Assembly (NCBI GenBank): GCA_951406725.2
Contig: OX597819.1
Span: forward strand, 88,722,001 to 88,786,000
Source: Octopus vulgaris
Taxonomy: Eukaryota
Length of the DNA stretch: 64,000 nt
Reading direction: 5' to 3'
Of the stretch, positions 27,595-42,500 are shown piece by piece. The position numbers and the translations under genes are program-made. The notes below the pieces were generated by a model. The model was not told the origin of the DNA. It saw only the letters and a program-made list of their open reading frames with translations, and ran no database searches. The first letter of the stretch is position 1. Every line of letters starts with the position of its first letter.

Positions 27595-30500
27595 GACACA
27601 ATGTGGCTGTGTGGTTAGAAGTTTGCTCCCAACCACATGGTTCTGGGTTCAATCCCACTGTGTGGAACCTTGGGCCAACCAAAGCTGAGTGGATTTGGTA
27701 AACAGAAACTGAAAGAAGCCCGTTGTATGATATATGTATGTTTGTGTGTGTCAGTGTTTGTCCTCCCCACCATCATTGCTTGATAACTGATGTTGGTGTG
27801 TTTATGTCCCTGTAACTTAGTGGTTTGGCAAAAGAGACCAATAGAATAAGTACTAGGCTTACAAAGAATAAGTTGATTTGTTTCACTAAAGGTGGTGCTC
27901 CAGTATGGCCACAGTCAAATGACTGAAACCAGTAAAAGAATATGTATATATATATATATATGTGTGTGTGTGTGAAATCAGATATCTGATAGTAAAGACC
28001 AATATCTGGAAATCATGTAAGCCAGTACAATCTGCATATGGTTGGACCAAAAGTGAGTAAGCTAGCAAGCCCACCAAGCTTGCTTGTTGAGGAGGGTGGT
28101 TTTTAGACACTTTTGTGAGATGAAAAATAAAAACAAGCCAAAGAGTGAATGAACTCCAAAAGAGTCACAATACATCCATTACTATGTATACGTGCATTTG
28201 CATGTGTGAGTGTGTGTGTGCATGCGCACTTTTAGAAGTGTATGTACATCTACAAGCGAGAAAGACACCCTCACTTGATACCTGGAATGTTTGTAGTCTG
28301 TGGCCAGCTCTAGTAGTTTTGGTTTGGCAATTGTCAATTTAATGGCATGAAGGATTTAGAGAGTGACACTCATTTCACACAAATGTTTGTCACTATAAAA
28401 TTTGATTTTGCATATGCTGTTTTCACTCCTTCACCAAGTGGGGGACAAGAGCCCTAGCTTCTTAGAACCACAAACAGACAGCAGACCTTTCATTGTCGAG
28501 GGTCAGGGTATATTGCATCTATGTGGTCAATGAATTATCATCACTGCAACGGTTTCCTCACTTGTGAGGACACAGAATTTATGGCACAGGCAGAAGCAGT
28601 AGCACAGCTTTGCTCTTTGTTGAAGTGCATAAAAGGGTTAAAAAGAAGGTAGAATTGACTGACCTGTCTGCCGAAGGGGAGATACAACACTGATTGCCAT
28701 TAGCCCTTCCATGTTGTTCTGAATAACAATTCTGTCGAGTCCTGTCTTTTTGCTGGCTCTGTGAATCGATTTTGTTCTCCAATCAGTCCAGTAGATATAA
28801 TTTTCAAACTGAAAAATTAATAAATAAATAAATAGGCTTACAGGTATGCCAAAGAAACAGCTACAGTGCACTGTAGAATAGGGCCACTCCTCGAAAAGGA
28901 TGGCACACTTACAGGAAAACCAATGAGGGTAAGTGAAATACTGAATGAGCAATTCAAGAGTGTTTTCACTCCACCCCTTGGGCATCTCCAAATCACCAAT
29001 CCAACTGACTTTTTTACCACTGCAGATATAAAATCAGAGGCGGCGACGATAGATTACATCGATATAAAGGAAGACGATGTAATCAAGGCTATAGATGAAA
29101 TGAAAACAGACTCAGCTACTGGCCCCGATGGATTCCCGGCAATCCTCCTAAAAGCATGTAAGAGAGTCCTAGCAAGACCACTGCAGTTCCTCTTTCAGAG
29201 CTTCCTTGCAGCTGGCAAACTTCCAAGAAAACTGAAGGAAGGTAAAATATGCCCTATTCATAAAGGAGGTAGCAGAGCGGAGGCCAAGAACTATAGACCT
29301 ATCTCTCTGACCTCACACATCAGCAAGGTCATGGAACGAATAGTCAGAAGGAAACTAATCACCTTCCTTGAAGAAAATGACTTGCTGCCTGACACCCAAC
29401 ATGGTTTCCGACCAGGAAGAAGCTGCTTAACTCAGCTCCTGCAGCACTATGACTGGGTGCTGAAACAACTGCTCAACCACTCAAATGTGGAAGTCATATA
29501 TCTCGACTTCGCAAAGGCCTTCGATAAAGTCGATCATGGAATGATATGTCACAAACTGCGTGATCTTGGCATAGTTGGAAAACTAGGAGAATGGCTTCAC
29601 GACTTTCTGAAGAATAGAAGTCAGGTGGTAGCAGCCAATGGGGCCACTTCCATTAGCACGCAAATAGTGAGCGGTGTTCCACAGGGCACTGTTTTGGGAC
29701 CACTACTGTTCATAATGGCCCTCTCAGACATGCCCTCAGCCACGCGGAGAGCCACGATCACAAGTTATGCAGATGATACAAAAGTTTCACAGGCAATACA
29801 GAACCCTGAAGACACTAAGCACCTGCAATATGAGCTGGACGAAATATACAAGTGGGCTGAAAAGAATAGCATGCAGTTCAATGCTGAAAAGTTTCAAGCT
29901 TTATACTATCAGCATGCAAAACTGAATGCAATACCCAATGAATATACTGGACCCGGAGGGATTGCAATCCCAGAGGCACAATCAGTGCGTGACCTGGGTA
30001 TTCACATGAGTGATGACGCGACCTTTCATGTACATGTTGCTAAACTGACAATGAAATGCAGACGTCTGGCTGGATGGATTCTTAGAACCTTTAGAACAAG
30101 AGAACAAGAAACCATGATGGTCCTCTGGAAGACACTTGTCCTAAGCCACTTTGACTATTGCTCTCAGCTATGGTCACCATCCAGTGTCAAGTTGATCACA
30201 GAACTTGAGGCGATCCAACGAAGCTACACGAAGAAGATAGCCTCTATGCAGAATGTAAGCTACTGGGAAAGACTCAAGAGATTAAAATTATATTCCCTGG
30301 AGTGTAGGCGGGAAAGATATGCCATAATATACATCTGGAAGATCCTGGAGGGAAGTGTCCTGAACTTTGGCATCGAGAGTTATGCAAATGCCAGAACTGG
30401 GCCACTGCGTGGTGCCTAGGACTCCAAATTTGCCATCAAGATGTAGGACAAGATTCTGTGATAGCCTGGGCTTCCGAGGCCCACAGCTCTTCAATATCCT

Positions 30501-33500
30501 CCCGAAGAACCTGAGAGACCTGCATGGGGTGGATACAGATGTCTTTAAAATGAAGCTGGATCTCTTCCTGTCAGGTGTCCCAGATGAACCAACTTCACGG
30601 CAGGAGGGGCAGATGAGGGCAGCTGCATCGAACTCTCTCATGCACCAAATAGCAGTTGCTAGAAAGCCTCCATGAAGTGAAACCAAGTAGCAACACCAAA
30701 TGGCGGTGCCACAGCATGGCCACAGATCATAAGCTGAAACTAGAATCAATCAATCAATCAATCATAAATAAATAAAACAGAAAAAATCTAGACAGAATTC
30801 AAAGTAGGTTTCCATGGTTTTTCAGAATTTTTTCTTTCTTCCCTTTTTAGTCATTGAAGGAAGAGTGGCACATATGATTTATTTACAAGGCCTCTGAAAC
30901 GCATAAAGGAAAGGGGCAGAAGAGACCAAAACTCAATGGTCATTGTAGTAATAAATACTACATCTTGTTTACAGTGAGGTGGACTCAGTTGGTGTGAGTG
31001 TGGATTACTGATTTCTCAGTTGATTGTCAGTTAGTCTGAACACCCAGCTATTTGCTTCTCTATCTAAAATAAGCTATGCTATTAATATTTTAGTCTGTAT
31101 ACTCAACACATTTTTCATTCAAAACAAATAAAACTCAGCTTGCCATTGTCTACCTGACTGACAAACAAGTCTTACTCCAATTTCACAACTAATTGGTTAA
31201 TAGTAGGAAGATGGGTATCTAATCCTAAAAGTATGCTTTCAAACACTATAACAATTTCTAAAAATGATATCACCCATATTAGTATGAAAAATAATACTTG
31301 TACATATGCATTTATGCATGTTTATTTTTTTTTACACTGACATCAGATCACTTCCTCCAATGCCCTCTCCATTATAGCAAGACACCTGTTTCTGCCTCTT
31401 GATCTCTCTGACACACACTAACCTTTCACTATGTGACACAAGATCCCCTCTCAAAATTCCTTGTTTTGCAAGTTATTTGGTAACCCTGCTGGTGCTGGTG
31501 CTGCGTTAAAAGCATCCAGTCCACACTGTAAAGTGACTGGCATTTGGAAGGGCATCCAACAGTAAAAACTATGCCAAAACTGACTTCACCTGTTTGGTGC
31601 CACATAAAAAGCACTGAGTCCACTCTGCAGTGGTTATTGTTAGGAAGGGCATCCAGTCATAAAAACACTGCCAAAACAGAGAGAAGTAGCCTGGGGTAGT
31701 CTCCTGTAAAACCATCCAACCCATGCCAGCATGGAAGGCATACATTAAATGATAATGATGATGATGATTATGATGATAAGCGTATAACTTACCACTGACA
31801 GACCAAAAGGATGAGGGATTTGCTTAATTATTTCCATTCTGTGTTCACCATTCAAATCAGACCGCTCGATTTTGTCAAGCTTTGCATCAACCCAATACAG
31901 GGTTTTAGCAGCATAATCAATGGATAATCCGTTTGGATAACCTGAAACAGTATTGAATGATAAGAGTAAAAAAACATGGAAGGTTAATATATGAGACTAA
32001 ATAGAAGTAATATGGGTACTACTGCTAGTACTAGATGAGTGGCTGGTGAATATGGAATTTCAAGTGTTCTGAATATGCAGGTATATTCTTGTCTTTGGAA
32101 ACGGTTTGACTGACTATAAAACTCAAAGTTGAAAATGGTCAAGTTGATAATCAAATGTAAATATAAAGACAATGATAAGCAGATAGATAAAGAGAATCTG
32201 AGAGAGGGAGGTGCGATAGAGAGAGAGAGCAGAAGACAAACAGACAAAAAGAGAGGAAAGTCAGATGGACAGAGAGACAGACAGAGGGAGAAAGAGAAAC
32301 AAAAAGGACATTCAGCTGTAGAAACCATGTCACAACAGACAGCTGGGGTCTGGACAGTTCCCTGGTAGCCAGCTCCATGTCAAGCCATCCAACCTATGCC
32401 AGCATGGAAAGTGGACATATGATGATGATGATGATGATGACTATTCCTTGGAGCTTCATGGGAGCAGAGTCCTCAGGCAACTCTCCCATAGTTGCTCTTC
32501 CTGTAAGAAGCAACCATTATTACACTATTCTGTTGGATTCCAAAGCATGACCTGTTGAGACTATGAATACTATCCAGCCATTTTGTTCTGGCCTACCTTT
32601 ATGAATCCTACTGGCTGGCTCGACATGAAGAATTCACCTTGGGATCATTTCCTGCAGCATCATAATCATGATGATAATGATAGGCACTATCATTTGTTTA
32701 TACCATAAAAGTAAATGCAAGTAATGCATCAATGTCTTTGGGGTTTTCACAATATTTATACACATACTAAGGTGGCAAGCTGGCAGAAATGTTAGCACGC
32801 TGGGCAAAATGCTTAGCGCTATTTCACCTGTCTTTACATTCTGAGTTCAAATTCCGCTGAGGTCGACTTTGCCTTTCATCCTTTTGGGGTCAATAAATTA
32901 AGTACCAGTTGTGTACTGTGGTTCATATAACCGAATGGCCCCCTCCCCATAAATTTTGGGCAGCATGCATAGAGTAGAAAAGAATATTTATACACATACT
33001 AGTTTTCAGTGTTTCACATATCTTTCCACAAAAACATACACATTCAAATAATACTCTTGTATTTGTTTGTAATTATGGTTTTTTTTTTCCCAATATGTTT
33101 TTATCCCAGTGGACTGCAGTCATGCTGGGATACCAACATCAAGAGTTTTCATCAGCTTATTGAACCAAATACATATTTTAGTATTTGGGTTAAAACATTT
33201 TATAAGTCTTTGTTTGTCAAACCATTAAGTTAAAGAAATCTTTTTTATAATCAGTACAGATTGGGGCATGTTTAAAGTTGGTTGTATTTTTCAATGTTCC
33301 TAAAATCATGATGGAATCTGAAAGTTAAAGCTGCACAGGTTTCCGTGTGTGTGTGTGTGTGTGTATGTATAATATTAATACAAGGTGAATGATTTAGAAG
33401 TTACTGTCAATTAAATTGTTTGTATACTCTTGAATAGATGATTTTTATCGAAATAAGATATTTTCTTCCAATATGAAATCAATAATCATGGATTAATTAT

Positions 33501-36500
33501 TTGATTATTTTCTATAATAACAATAGGTTATTAAAATAACATTTAAATAACAATAGGTTCTCTCGGCCAGCTACGGCCGGGTTGGTATTATGAACCAAAA
33601 AATTTTTCGGCCGGGTTAGTAACGAAAGGGTTAAGGTACATAACATCATTTTTGTTTCAAACAGGTGTAACTTAACATGAACACATAGGTGTAAGTATGG
33701 TTGTGTGATTAAAATGTTTGGTTCTCAACCACATAGTTCCAGGTTCAGTCCCACTGTATGGCAACTTGGGCAAGTGTCTTCTGCCACAATCTCAGACCAA
33801 CCAAAGCCTTATGACTAGATTTGGTAGATGGAAACGAAAAGATGCCTGTCATATGTGTGTGTATTAGAGTCTACTACCCTTGATATCATGTGATAGTTGT
33901 AAATGAGCATCACTGTCATACAAGTGGTGTCTATTTCCAAGATTCCATGGAAACATATCCAGCCAGTAGTTAATATATTACCTTATTTGGAAACAGGTGA
34001 GGACTGGTGACAGGGTGGGGGGACATCTGGCCATAGAAAGTCTGCCTCAATGAATTCCATCCATCCCATATGATCATAGAAAAGTGGATGTCAAAAAGAC
34101 AAAATAAAGGTGATGACAATGCATATTTGTCTGTGTATATGTGTGTGTGTGTGGCATAAAGAAAGGAAATATTCTGTTACGCACCAAGGTTTGCTGTTAC
34201 AATAGCTTTGCGGCTGGTTCCATCTAAGAAGGCACGTTCTATTTTGGGAACTTTCCCCCAGTCAGTCCAGAACATCAACCTGAAATTTATGGTTTATAAA
34301 AATAAAAATTCTATTTTGAGATCAGGAATAAATGAAATAATGATTATTAATAATGAATGTCATTTTTTAAAAATTGGTTTTTGGAGGGGGAAATGATTTT
34401 GTTATTATTTTCCTTCTATTTTCAAATTGCCTCCAGCATTTGGCATGCTGCGCATAATAATTACCTATAATGCCTGGAAATGGAAAAATTTTAATATAAA
34501 ATTATACTTAAATTGTGACAATTTTATCCTCCAAGATAAATTGTTTATAAACATATATTAAATTTCAGATGAATAGGAATCGTTCCAGGAGATATGAATT
34601 GAAGGAAAAAAATATCTACACAACAATCTATTTGAAGTTGAAGAGCAAAGTTAAATGTAATCTTTATCTTGGGAAATTTTTCTTCACATATTTCATTACC
34701 ACTCTTCACTGTTATTATTTTGTGAAACAAAGAGGTAATACATTTCAATATATAGAATCAACAAGGGAACGTTATCATGATCAGTAAATTTGCTAGAAAT
34801 AGTAACCAAAGTCAGTCAAATCATATCTTATAAATGGGTGAGGACACTTTGAATAAGTAACCCAAGGTACAACATGCTTAGAAATATAAAAATAAAGGAT
34901 GGTCACAGCTGAAATAGCTTTGATCATACATTTGCTTAATCAGAACAAATTTATTTTTATTATCGATATCTCACCACTTTTCAATTTAAAAATAGACTGA
35001 CAGACATCTCAATAGGGCTTGACTGACTCAAACATTAATTAAACAACTTAAATATTTAGCTTCATGACTGATCCTATTTGTTATATATAAATGTAAATGG
35101 AACCAACACATTTTTGTTGTGAATATTGTAAGCTGATTGGAGCTACTTAATAATATAAACAACAACCACAAAAGGATAATGAAGGAGGAGCCTTTATGTA
35201 GTCACTTGACTTTCAAGAAAAAGTAGCTTGATCTACCTCAAACCACTCTCTACCATCATAAAAAGGGAAAGGACACATTCGATAGTGTGATCTTAGGTAC
35301 ATAATGTCTGAAATGAAAATGAGTTAGCCATGGGTAGAATGCTTTTGATCATGGTTGACTTGGGGTTAAATATCAATAACTACAAAATGTCCTATTAAAT
35401 GTTGCAGAAGAAAAGATTTGTGGGAACTTTTAAAATTCTAAGAGCAATAACAGTTAGAAGGGAGAAGGGGAGAGAGAGATAGGGGTAGACACAGATAGTG
35501 AGAGAGAATGGGAGGGAGGGAGGGAGAGAGAAAGATTTAACTTTTCATTGAACCACAAGAGTTAGTAAGGTTTATATGCAAATACAGCTTGAAGCTTTGA
35601 AGAAAACTGATTCAATCAAACAACAACAAAAAGAATGTGTGTGTGAAAGAGGGCACAGACAATAAGCAATAAAGTGTCAGTCTGTCTGACCTGCAAGAAA
35701 TAATAGTCGATTAGCTCTCAAATCAGTCTACTATCTTTGGCAAAAATTAAGAAGGATAGGTGCAGGCATGGCTGTGTGGTAAGAGGTATGCTTCCCAGCC
35801 ACACGATTCTAGGTTCAGTTCCAGTCCCACTGCATGGTACCTTGGGCAAGTTATCTTCTACTATAGCCCTGAGCTGAACAAAGTCTTGTTAGTGGATTTG
35901 GTAGATGGAAAAATAAAATAAACCCATGCTTTATACACACACACATATCATCATCATTTAACATCTGTTTTCCATGCTGGCATGGGTTGGACCATATGCA
36001 TGTATGTGTATTATCTCCTTGCACTGATGTTGACTGTCATGTAAGCAATATCCTTCATTTCCAATCTTCTGGAAAAGCATGTGATCATAGGTAAATATTA
36101 CCTTTCTTAGAAATAAGTAAGGATATCTGGCCATAAAAATTCTGTCTGACCCACACAAGCATGGAAAAGTGGGTATTAAGATGATGGTGATACATTCAAC
36201 ATAGTCATACGAGATATGCAAAAACATGGGATGGTCTTGGATGGAACATCTGATTACATGTCTGCTTGATCAGGCTGATTTGGGGTTAGACGACAACAAC
36301 AGTAACAACACTAATAGAAAGTTAAATTTTGTAATTCTTACCCTTTCTTTGGGAACACAGCAATTGCTCGTGGTTCATCCAGGTCTTTGGAAATTAGCAC
36401 ACGTCTACTTGACCCATCAATGCGGGCAACTTCAAGCACATCTCGACCTGAAAGAGAGAATGCAAAGAATCATAAAAATTGTATAGGAAAGAGCAGGATT

Positions 36501-39500
36501 AGATCTTGTATGTTTTTTGGCTTTTCCTCATCAGTCATCGTTTAACATCCGTTTTCCATGCTGGCATGGGTTGGATGGTTTGACTGAGGACTGGCGAGCC
36601 AGCTGGCTGCACCAAGCTCCAATCTGATCTGGCAGAGTTTCTACACCTGGATGCCTTTCTTAACACCAACCACTCTGAGAGTGTAGTGGGTGCTTTTACG
36701 TGCCACTGGCACGAGGGCCAGTCAGGCAGTACTGGTAACGGCCACGCTCAAAAGGTGTTTTTTTACGTGTCACCTGCACAGGAGCCAGTCCAGCGGCACT
36801 GGCAACGACCTCGCTCTATAAGGAATTTATTACCAACTTGATATAGCATCAATATGTTACAATCTGCATAGCATACTCACTAATGCCAACTGCACCTAGC
36901 ACACACTGTAAAGTGGTTGGCGTCAGGAGATGCATCCTACTGTATAAACTATACGAAAGCAACCACTGGAGCGTGATGCAATCCATAGACCCTAAGTCTC
37001 CTGTTGAACCATTTAGCCCATGCAAGCATGGAACAGAGATATTAAATGATGTTGTACACTGCCAAAGGATATAAACATTGCTAAGTAAATCAAGCCAGTC
37101 CTTTGTGAAGGAAATCTAGTGAGATATTTCTTCTGCACTGAATTATACACACTCCTTTGTTACATTAGCCATTGTAATTAGTGAACCAGTGACTGGCCCA
37201 TTGGAAACCTGTAATCAATGACACTAGTGTTCACCAATTGTGATGAAAAGTAAAATATAATAGCTCTGACAGTCAAAAACTTACCAGTGTCTGTCCAATA
37301 GACATTCCTTGCAACCCAGTCAACAGCTAAACCATCGGTTGTTGATAAACCTTTATGTACAATTTCCTCCATATTACTTCCATTCAGACTAGCTCGCCTA
37401 ATAAACGAAAGGGAAGAACATATCTGAGCTTAGTTCTGCAAATACATTTGTAACTATGGCAAATCTAACCTCAACAGATTTTCTATGGAGTTCAAAGCCA
37501 GCACTAAAAGTTATGACATCTTGTATATGAATACATCTATGTAAACAGTGCAATCAAAGATAGAAAAAAATTGGTAATAGGTGTACATACATATTTCAAG
37601 AGTTATCACTCTTTCATCAGTATCACATCCAACCCATTAACTATCCATGAATACATTCCTTTGGATGTTGTGCTCTTGAAATCTACATACACACTTATTA
37701 CCTATTTTTGCAATCTTTGATGGTATTGTTTATATAGACATGTTCATATATGAAACATTGTAACTTTCAAAGCTGGATCTAAAATCTGTAGAGATAAACT
37801 TAAAAATGAACCATGATATTTCCATAGTAGAATATATAATAAGCAAACAAATCAATGATGGAAGAAGCAAGGTGTTGGACATCAATGGTTTGGTTGGCTT
37901 GTTTCATTGTTGGTCAACAATATTGCAAGAAAAAACAAACTTAACCACCTCTGCTGTGCCTGGGCTGTTTCCCAAAGCAAGTGCCTAACTCCAAGTACAA
38001 TTACCACTTCTTCACTCATGCATATGGCACAAAGGAAGGACAAGTCAATATAATCACAGCTTTCATAGAACCATAGCTGATGCCAGATATTGGTTGAGTA
38101 TAGCTGTATATATATGCCTCAGTCAATTCCTTTGGATTTTTTTTAGGGGTTTACTCTCTTAGCCTTTCTCAAACACTCAATAAATTACCCCACAGGGCAG
38201 CAGGAGTTTAGAGGACATGGTTTGTGCAGTGCCAGTTCAATTCCTCCTTGTACTGGTCCAGTGCAACAAGTGCCATGACCTCAGTATTTATCAGGCAGCA
38301 GAATTTATTTGTAAATATCTTCTGTTAGATGAGCAGCTAAATAGCTGAAGGGCCTCATCTACCCTGAATCCATTGGACTCAGGAGCACATAAGTGTCTCT
38401 GAGTCACCTTCTTCAAGAGATTAATACATATTGGTAAAAAAAACCAAACAAACAAGAATAGCTGAAGCTTCACTCACCTGATTACATCAAGAGTAACATC
38501 AGTGTAATAAATTTTACTATCTTGGATGTCGAAATCTAAAGCAATTGCATTGTGTACATCAGGCAAGGGAATGTATACATCTGTATAATCATTTGAGTCA
38601 AGAGAGATTCTCCTGATGCTACCACGACTGGCGAATAATAAATACACACTTGGCACTGAAACAGAAGAAAAAATACTATAGTAAATACACTTTATTAGAA
38701 TCAGTTATTATGATAATTATTATGATTAATATTATCTATAATCAGTTGTTATGACTATGACTGTTCATGGCTTTAGCATAACTTGATAAGCTATCTCTAT
38801 ATTGGTTGGTTTTTTTGACTGAGTTTGCTATTTATTATGATCAATTCTTTTCCACTTCATACCCCTTTTCACAGTATCTTTGTATTTCGGTCTAGATCAT
38901 CCCTGATTTCTTTTCCCCTTACATAGTTGAGAGTAAAGGATTTGTCTGGGGAGGCTGTTGTTGTCCATGCTGTGTACATGACCCAACCAACATAAATTTC
39001 TAGAATCAGTGAACATAAGCAATTAACCCTCTAGCATTTAAACTGACCTTATCTGGATAAAATATTTGATCTGTTTTATGTTCAAACTGACCAGATCCAA
39101 CCCCTCACACTTACTCTACAATGTCATTCTAAATATAAACAATCCCATCATTGAAATCTCGAAGATATAAGATACTGTATGATCCATTCTAAACAGTGTG
39201 AATGAATAAGCATTATGTTTGACAGAGTAATCTGATTGTTAAAATGTTAAGGAGCAAATAGAAGAAGAGTAGAGAAGACTGTTTGCTTTCATTAGTTGAT
39301 ATCTCTAGTGTCGATAACATGATAAAGTGTATTCAGTCCATGCTGAAAAGTAAGTGATAGGAAGGGTATCCAACCATGGTAGAAATAACATAACATACAC
39401 AACAGAACTGGCAGGTGTCTTTTTTTTCTTCTTTTGATGTAACAGAGGACAAAGAATTGCAAAGAGTGATGAAATGTTCTAAGAGCAATCTACCCATGAA

Positions 39501-42500
39501 AGCATAGGGGTTACAATGGATGTAAACTGATGTGATGGCTTTATCAAAATTGGTAATCAGTAGCAAATAAAATGTAACAGAAACAATAAACATTAGCATA
39601 TAAGTTCAAAATTTATCATTCACTGCTCAATTTTACTTGGCTTTAAGAATCAGGAATCAATTATTTCAAATTTTTGTCACAAGGGCAGCTTGGGAGATGG
39701 GATTAAGTCGATTACATTGACCCCAGTGTTTTACTGGTACTTAATTTATCAACCCAGAAAGGATGAAAGGCAAAGTCAACCTTGGTGGAATTTGAACTCA
39801 AAATGTAGCGACAGGTAAAATACCACTAAATGTCCAGCATGCTAACAATTCTGCCGGCTCGCCACCTTATCAGGAATTAAATAATAGATTGAAGAAAATG
39901 CAGGAATTATAATGAAAAAAAAAATCAAACATAGGCATAGGTATGGTTGCATGGTTACGAAGCTTGCTTTGCAACTACGATTTCAGGTTCAGTCCCACTG
40001 CACAGCACCTTGGGCAAGGGTCTTCTTATTTCTTTACTGCCCACAGAGGTAGCAAACAAGGACAGACAAATGGATTAAGTCGATTATATCGACCCCAGTG
40101 CGTAACTGGTACTTATTTAATCGACCGCAAAGTCGACCTTAGCAAAATTTGAACTCAGAACGTAGCAGTAGACGAAATACTGATAAGCATTTCACCTGGT
40201 GTGCTAACATTTCTGCCAGCTCACCGCCAAGGGTCTTCTATTATACCTCTGGGCTGACCAATGTCTAATCAGTGAATTTGGTAATGTAAACTGTAGAAAC
40301 CTGTTGTGTATATGTGTGTGTGTATCTCTTTGCATTTACATTTATTCCTCCCACCAGTGTTATTTTGTTTACATTCCTATAATCTAGTGGTTTGGCGAAA
40401 GAAAATCAATAAAATAAGTACTGGTGATTTGTTCAACTAAATCCTGCAGTCTAATGACTAAAACGGGTAAGAGTTAAAATAAAATCCTTGTTCAGACTCA
40501 TTCACTGTTAAGCCGCTCATTGAAGGTGGGAATTTTCTATAAATTATAGCGAGAGAGAAAAGAATGAAAAAGAAATGTAGGAATGATTTTGAAATAGAAA
40601 CTTGAATGTCTACTCACTGGATTGACACGCTTTTTTATCCTGAGTGAGTAGCAATCCCGTTGGACAGGCACAGCTGAAACCCTTTGGATTTGGAAGACAA
40701 AGATGGCTGCAGCCACCGTTATTTTTACCACAACGGTTGATTGGGTATTCTGGAAAAGGAGTAAATAAGAGTTAATACAGTCATGTTGATAATTGGGTAA
40801 ATAAATTGTTTTAATTAAACAAAAATAAAACTGTAAATCAGAACCACACAACATAAGACTCCCAGTTTAAAAGAACACTTGAATAACTCATTAATTTAGA
40901 ATATTTATTTGCAAGAAAAAAAAGTGCATATGGTATAAACTGAAAATATTTTGGCAGGAAGTTCTTACTACAATGAGTTTGAATTTTGTTTCTCACACAG
41001 TAACCAGAGACCACCTTTGAATTGTATAAAATTCTATGACAAGCACTAATCAAGGAAGACACCAGAAGTTAATTGTCATCTAATAAAGTAAAGGTGTGTG
41101 AAGGTGTGGCCAAGTGTTTAGTGTAATCTCAGTTACATATATACCATGGAAACTGATGTATGCGGTGGTATCAAAAAGTTTCTCGACTATTTCTGTAGCA
41201 CACCAACAGATGGCAGCCCATGGTAGTGTGTACAGTGAGAGCTAGCAGTGATCTTTATGAATCAGTGTGCTGAGTGACATCACTGTATTTATTTTGCAAG
41301 TTGTGAATTTTTTGTTTTTGTGATCATGTGTATGCTGTAGTCTGTGATTTTGTCATGGATAGGAACAAAGAACCAACATGAAATTTTGCATTCATCTTGG
41401 GAAGTCTGCTACAGAGACATTGAGCAAGCTTTGGCAAGCTTATCGCGATAAGGCAATGGGTTGTACATAATGTTTTGAGTGATATAAGTGCTTCAAAAGT
41501 GGAAGAATGTCCCTGGAAAACCTGCCACAAGTGTCACATCTGGAAATGTGGTATTGTACACTGAGAATCTGTCCCTCAAGGCCAGACTGTCAACTGAGAG
41601 TCCTACTGCGATATTTTGAAGTGTTATAAGGAAGAAATTTGGTGAAAGTGACTGGACCTGTGAAGCATGAAGAATTGGATTCTTCACGATGACAAAGCAC
41701 CCTGTCATTGAGTTCTCCTCACTCAAAAGGTTTTTGACCCAAACATGGTATTGCTTCTGCACTTGCCCTATTCGCCAGATTTAGCATCTGCGGACTTCAT
41801 CTCTTCATTAAGATGAAAATGCAGCTCAAAGATCGCCAACTTAACATCGTTGTTGGGATCCAGAGCGAATTGCAGAAGGTTCTCAACTTGCTTATGGAAA
41901 ATCATTTCCAGGCTGAATTCCAAAAATGGCAGGAATGCTGGGACAGGTGTATTGCTGTACAAGGTGACTATTTCAAAGGAGATGATATCAAAACTTAAGT
42001 AAATAAGTTATTTTTTACTAAATGTAACTAGTCCAGGTACTTTTTGGTACCACCTCATACACTCCAGCCTTATGAGTTCTGGGATTCATGACAGAAGCAA
42101 AGGAGAAAGAAAACATGAGCAAAAGTAAATGATATAATGATAGTGAAGACATATTTCAACTTCACTTCAGAAAAAAAAAATCCAGGTGAGAGATGTTACT
42201 ATAGTTACCAGTTCTGTCCATGTGAACAGTCCGTAGATCCATTAGTCCAGGAATGTTGCTTCGAACAACCATAGCACCTTCACCAGTCATCTTGTCAGCT
42301 CGGTGGATTGATCTTGTTCGCCAATCTGTCCAGTAGATGAAAGGACCTGCCACTGTCAGTCCATAAGGGTGAAGAAGCTTAGAGACAAGTTTTTGCCGTG
42401 ATTTCCCATTGAGATCAGAACATTCTATTACCTAGAAAAACAATATCAAACAGAAATAAAATCACATACACAAAACTGAAGTAGGCATTGATGATAAAAT

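Noticed and set aside
30288-30749. 153-aa minus-strand ORF
   Set aside because: It is the antisense shadow of the LINE ORF2 C-terminus.
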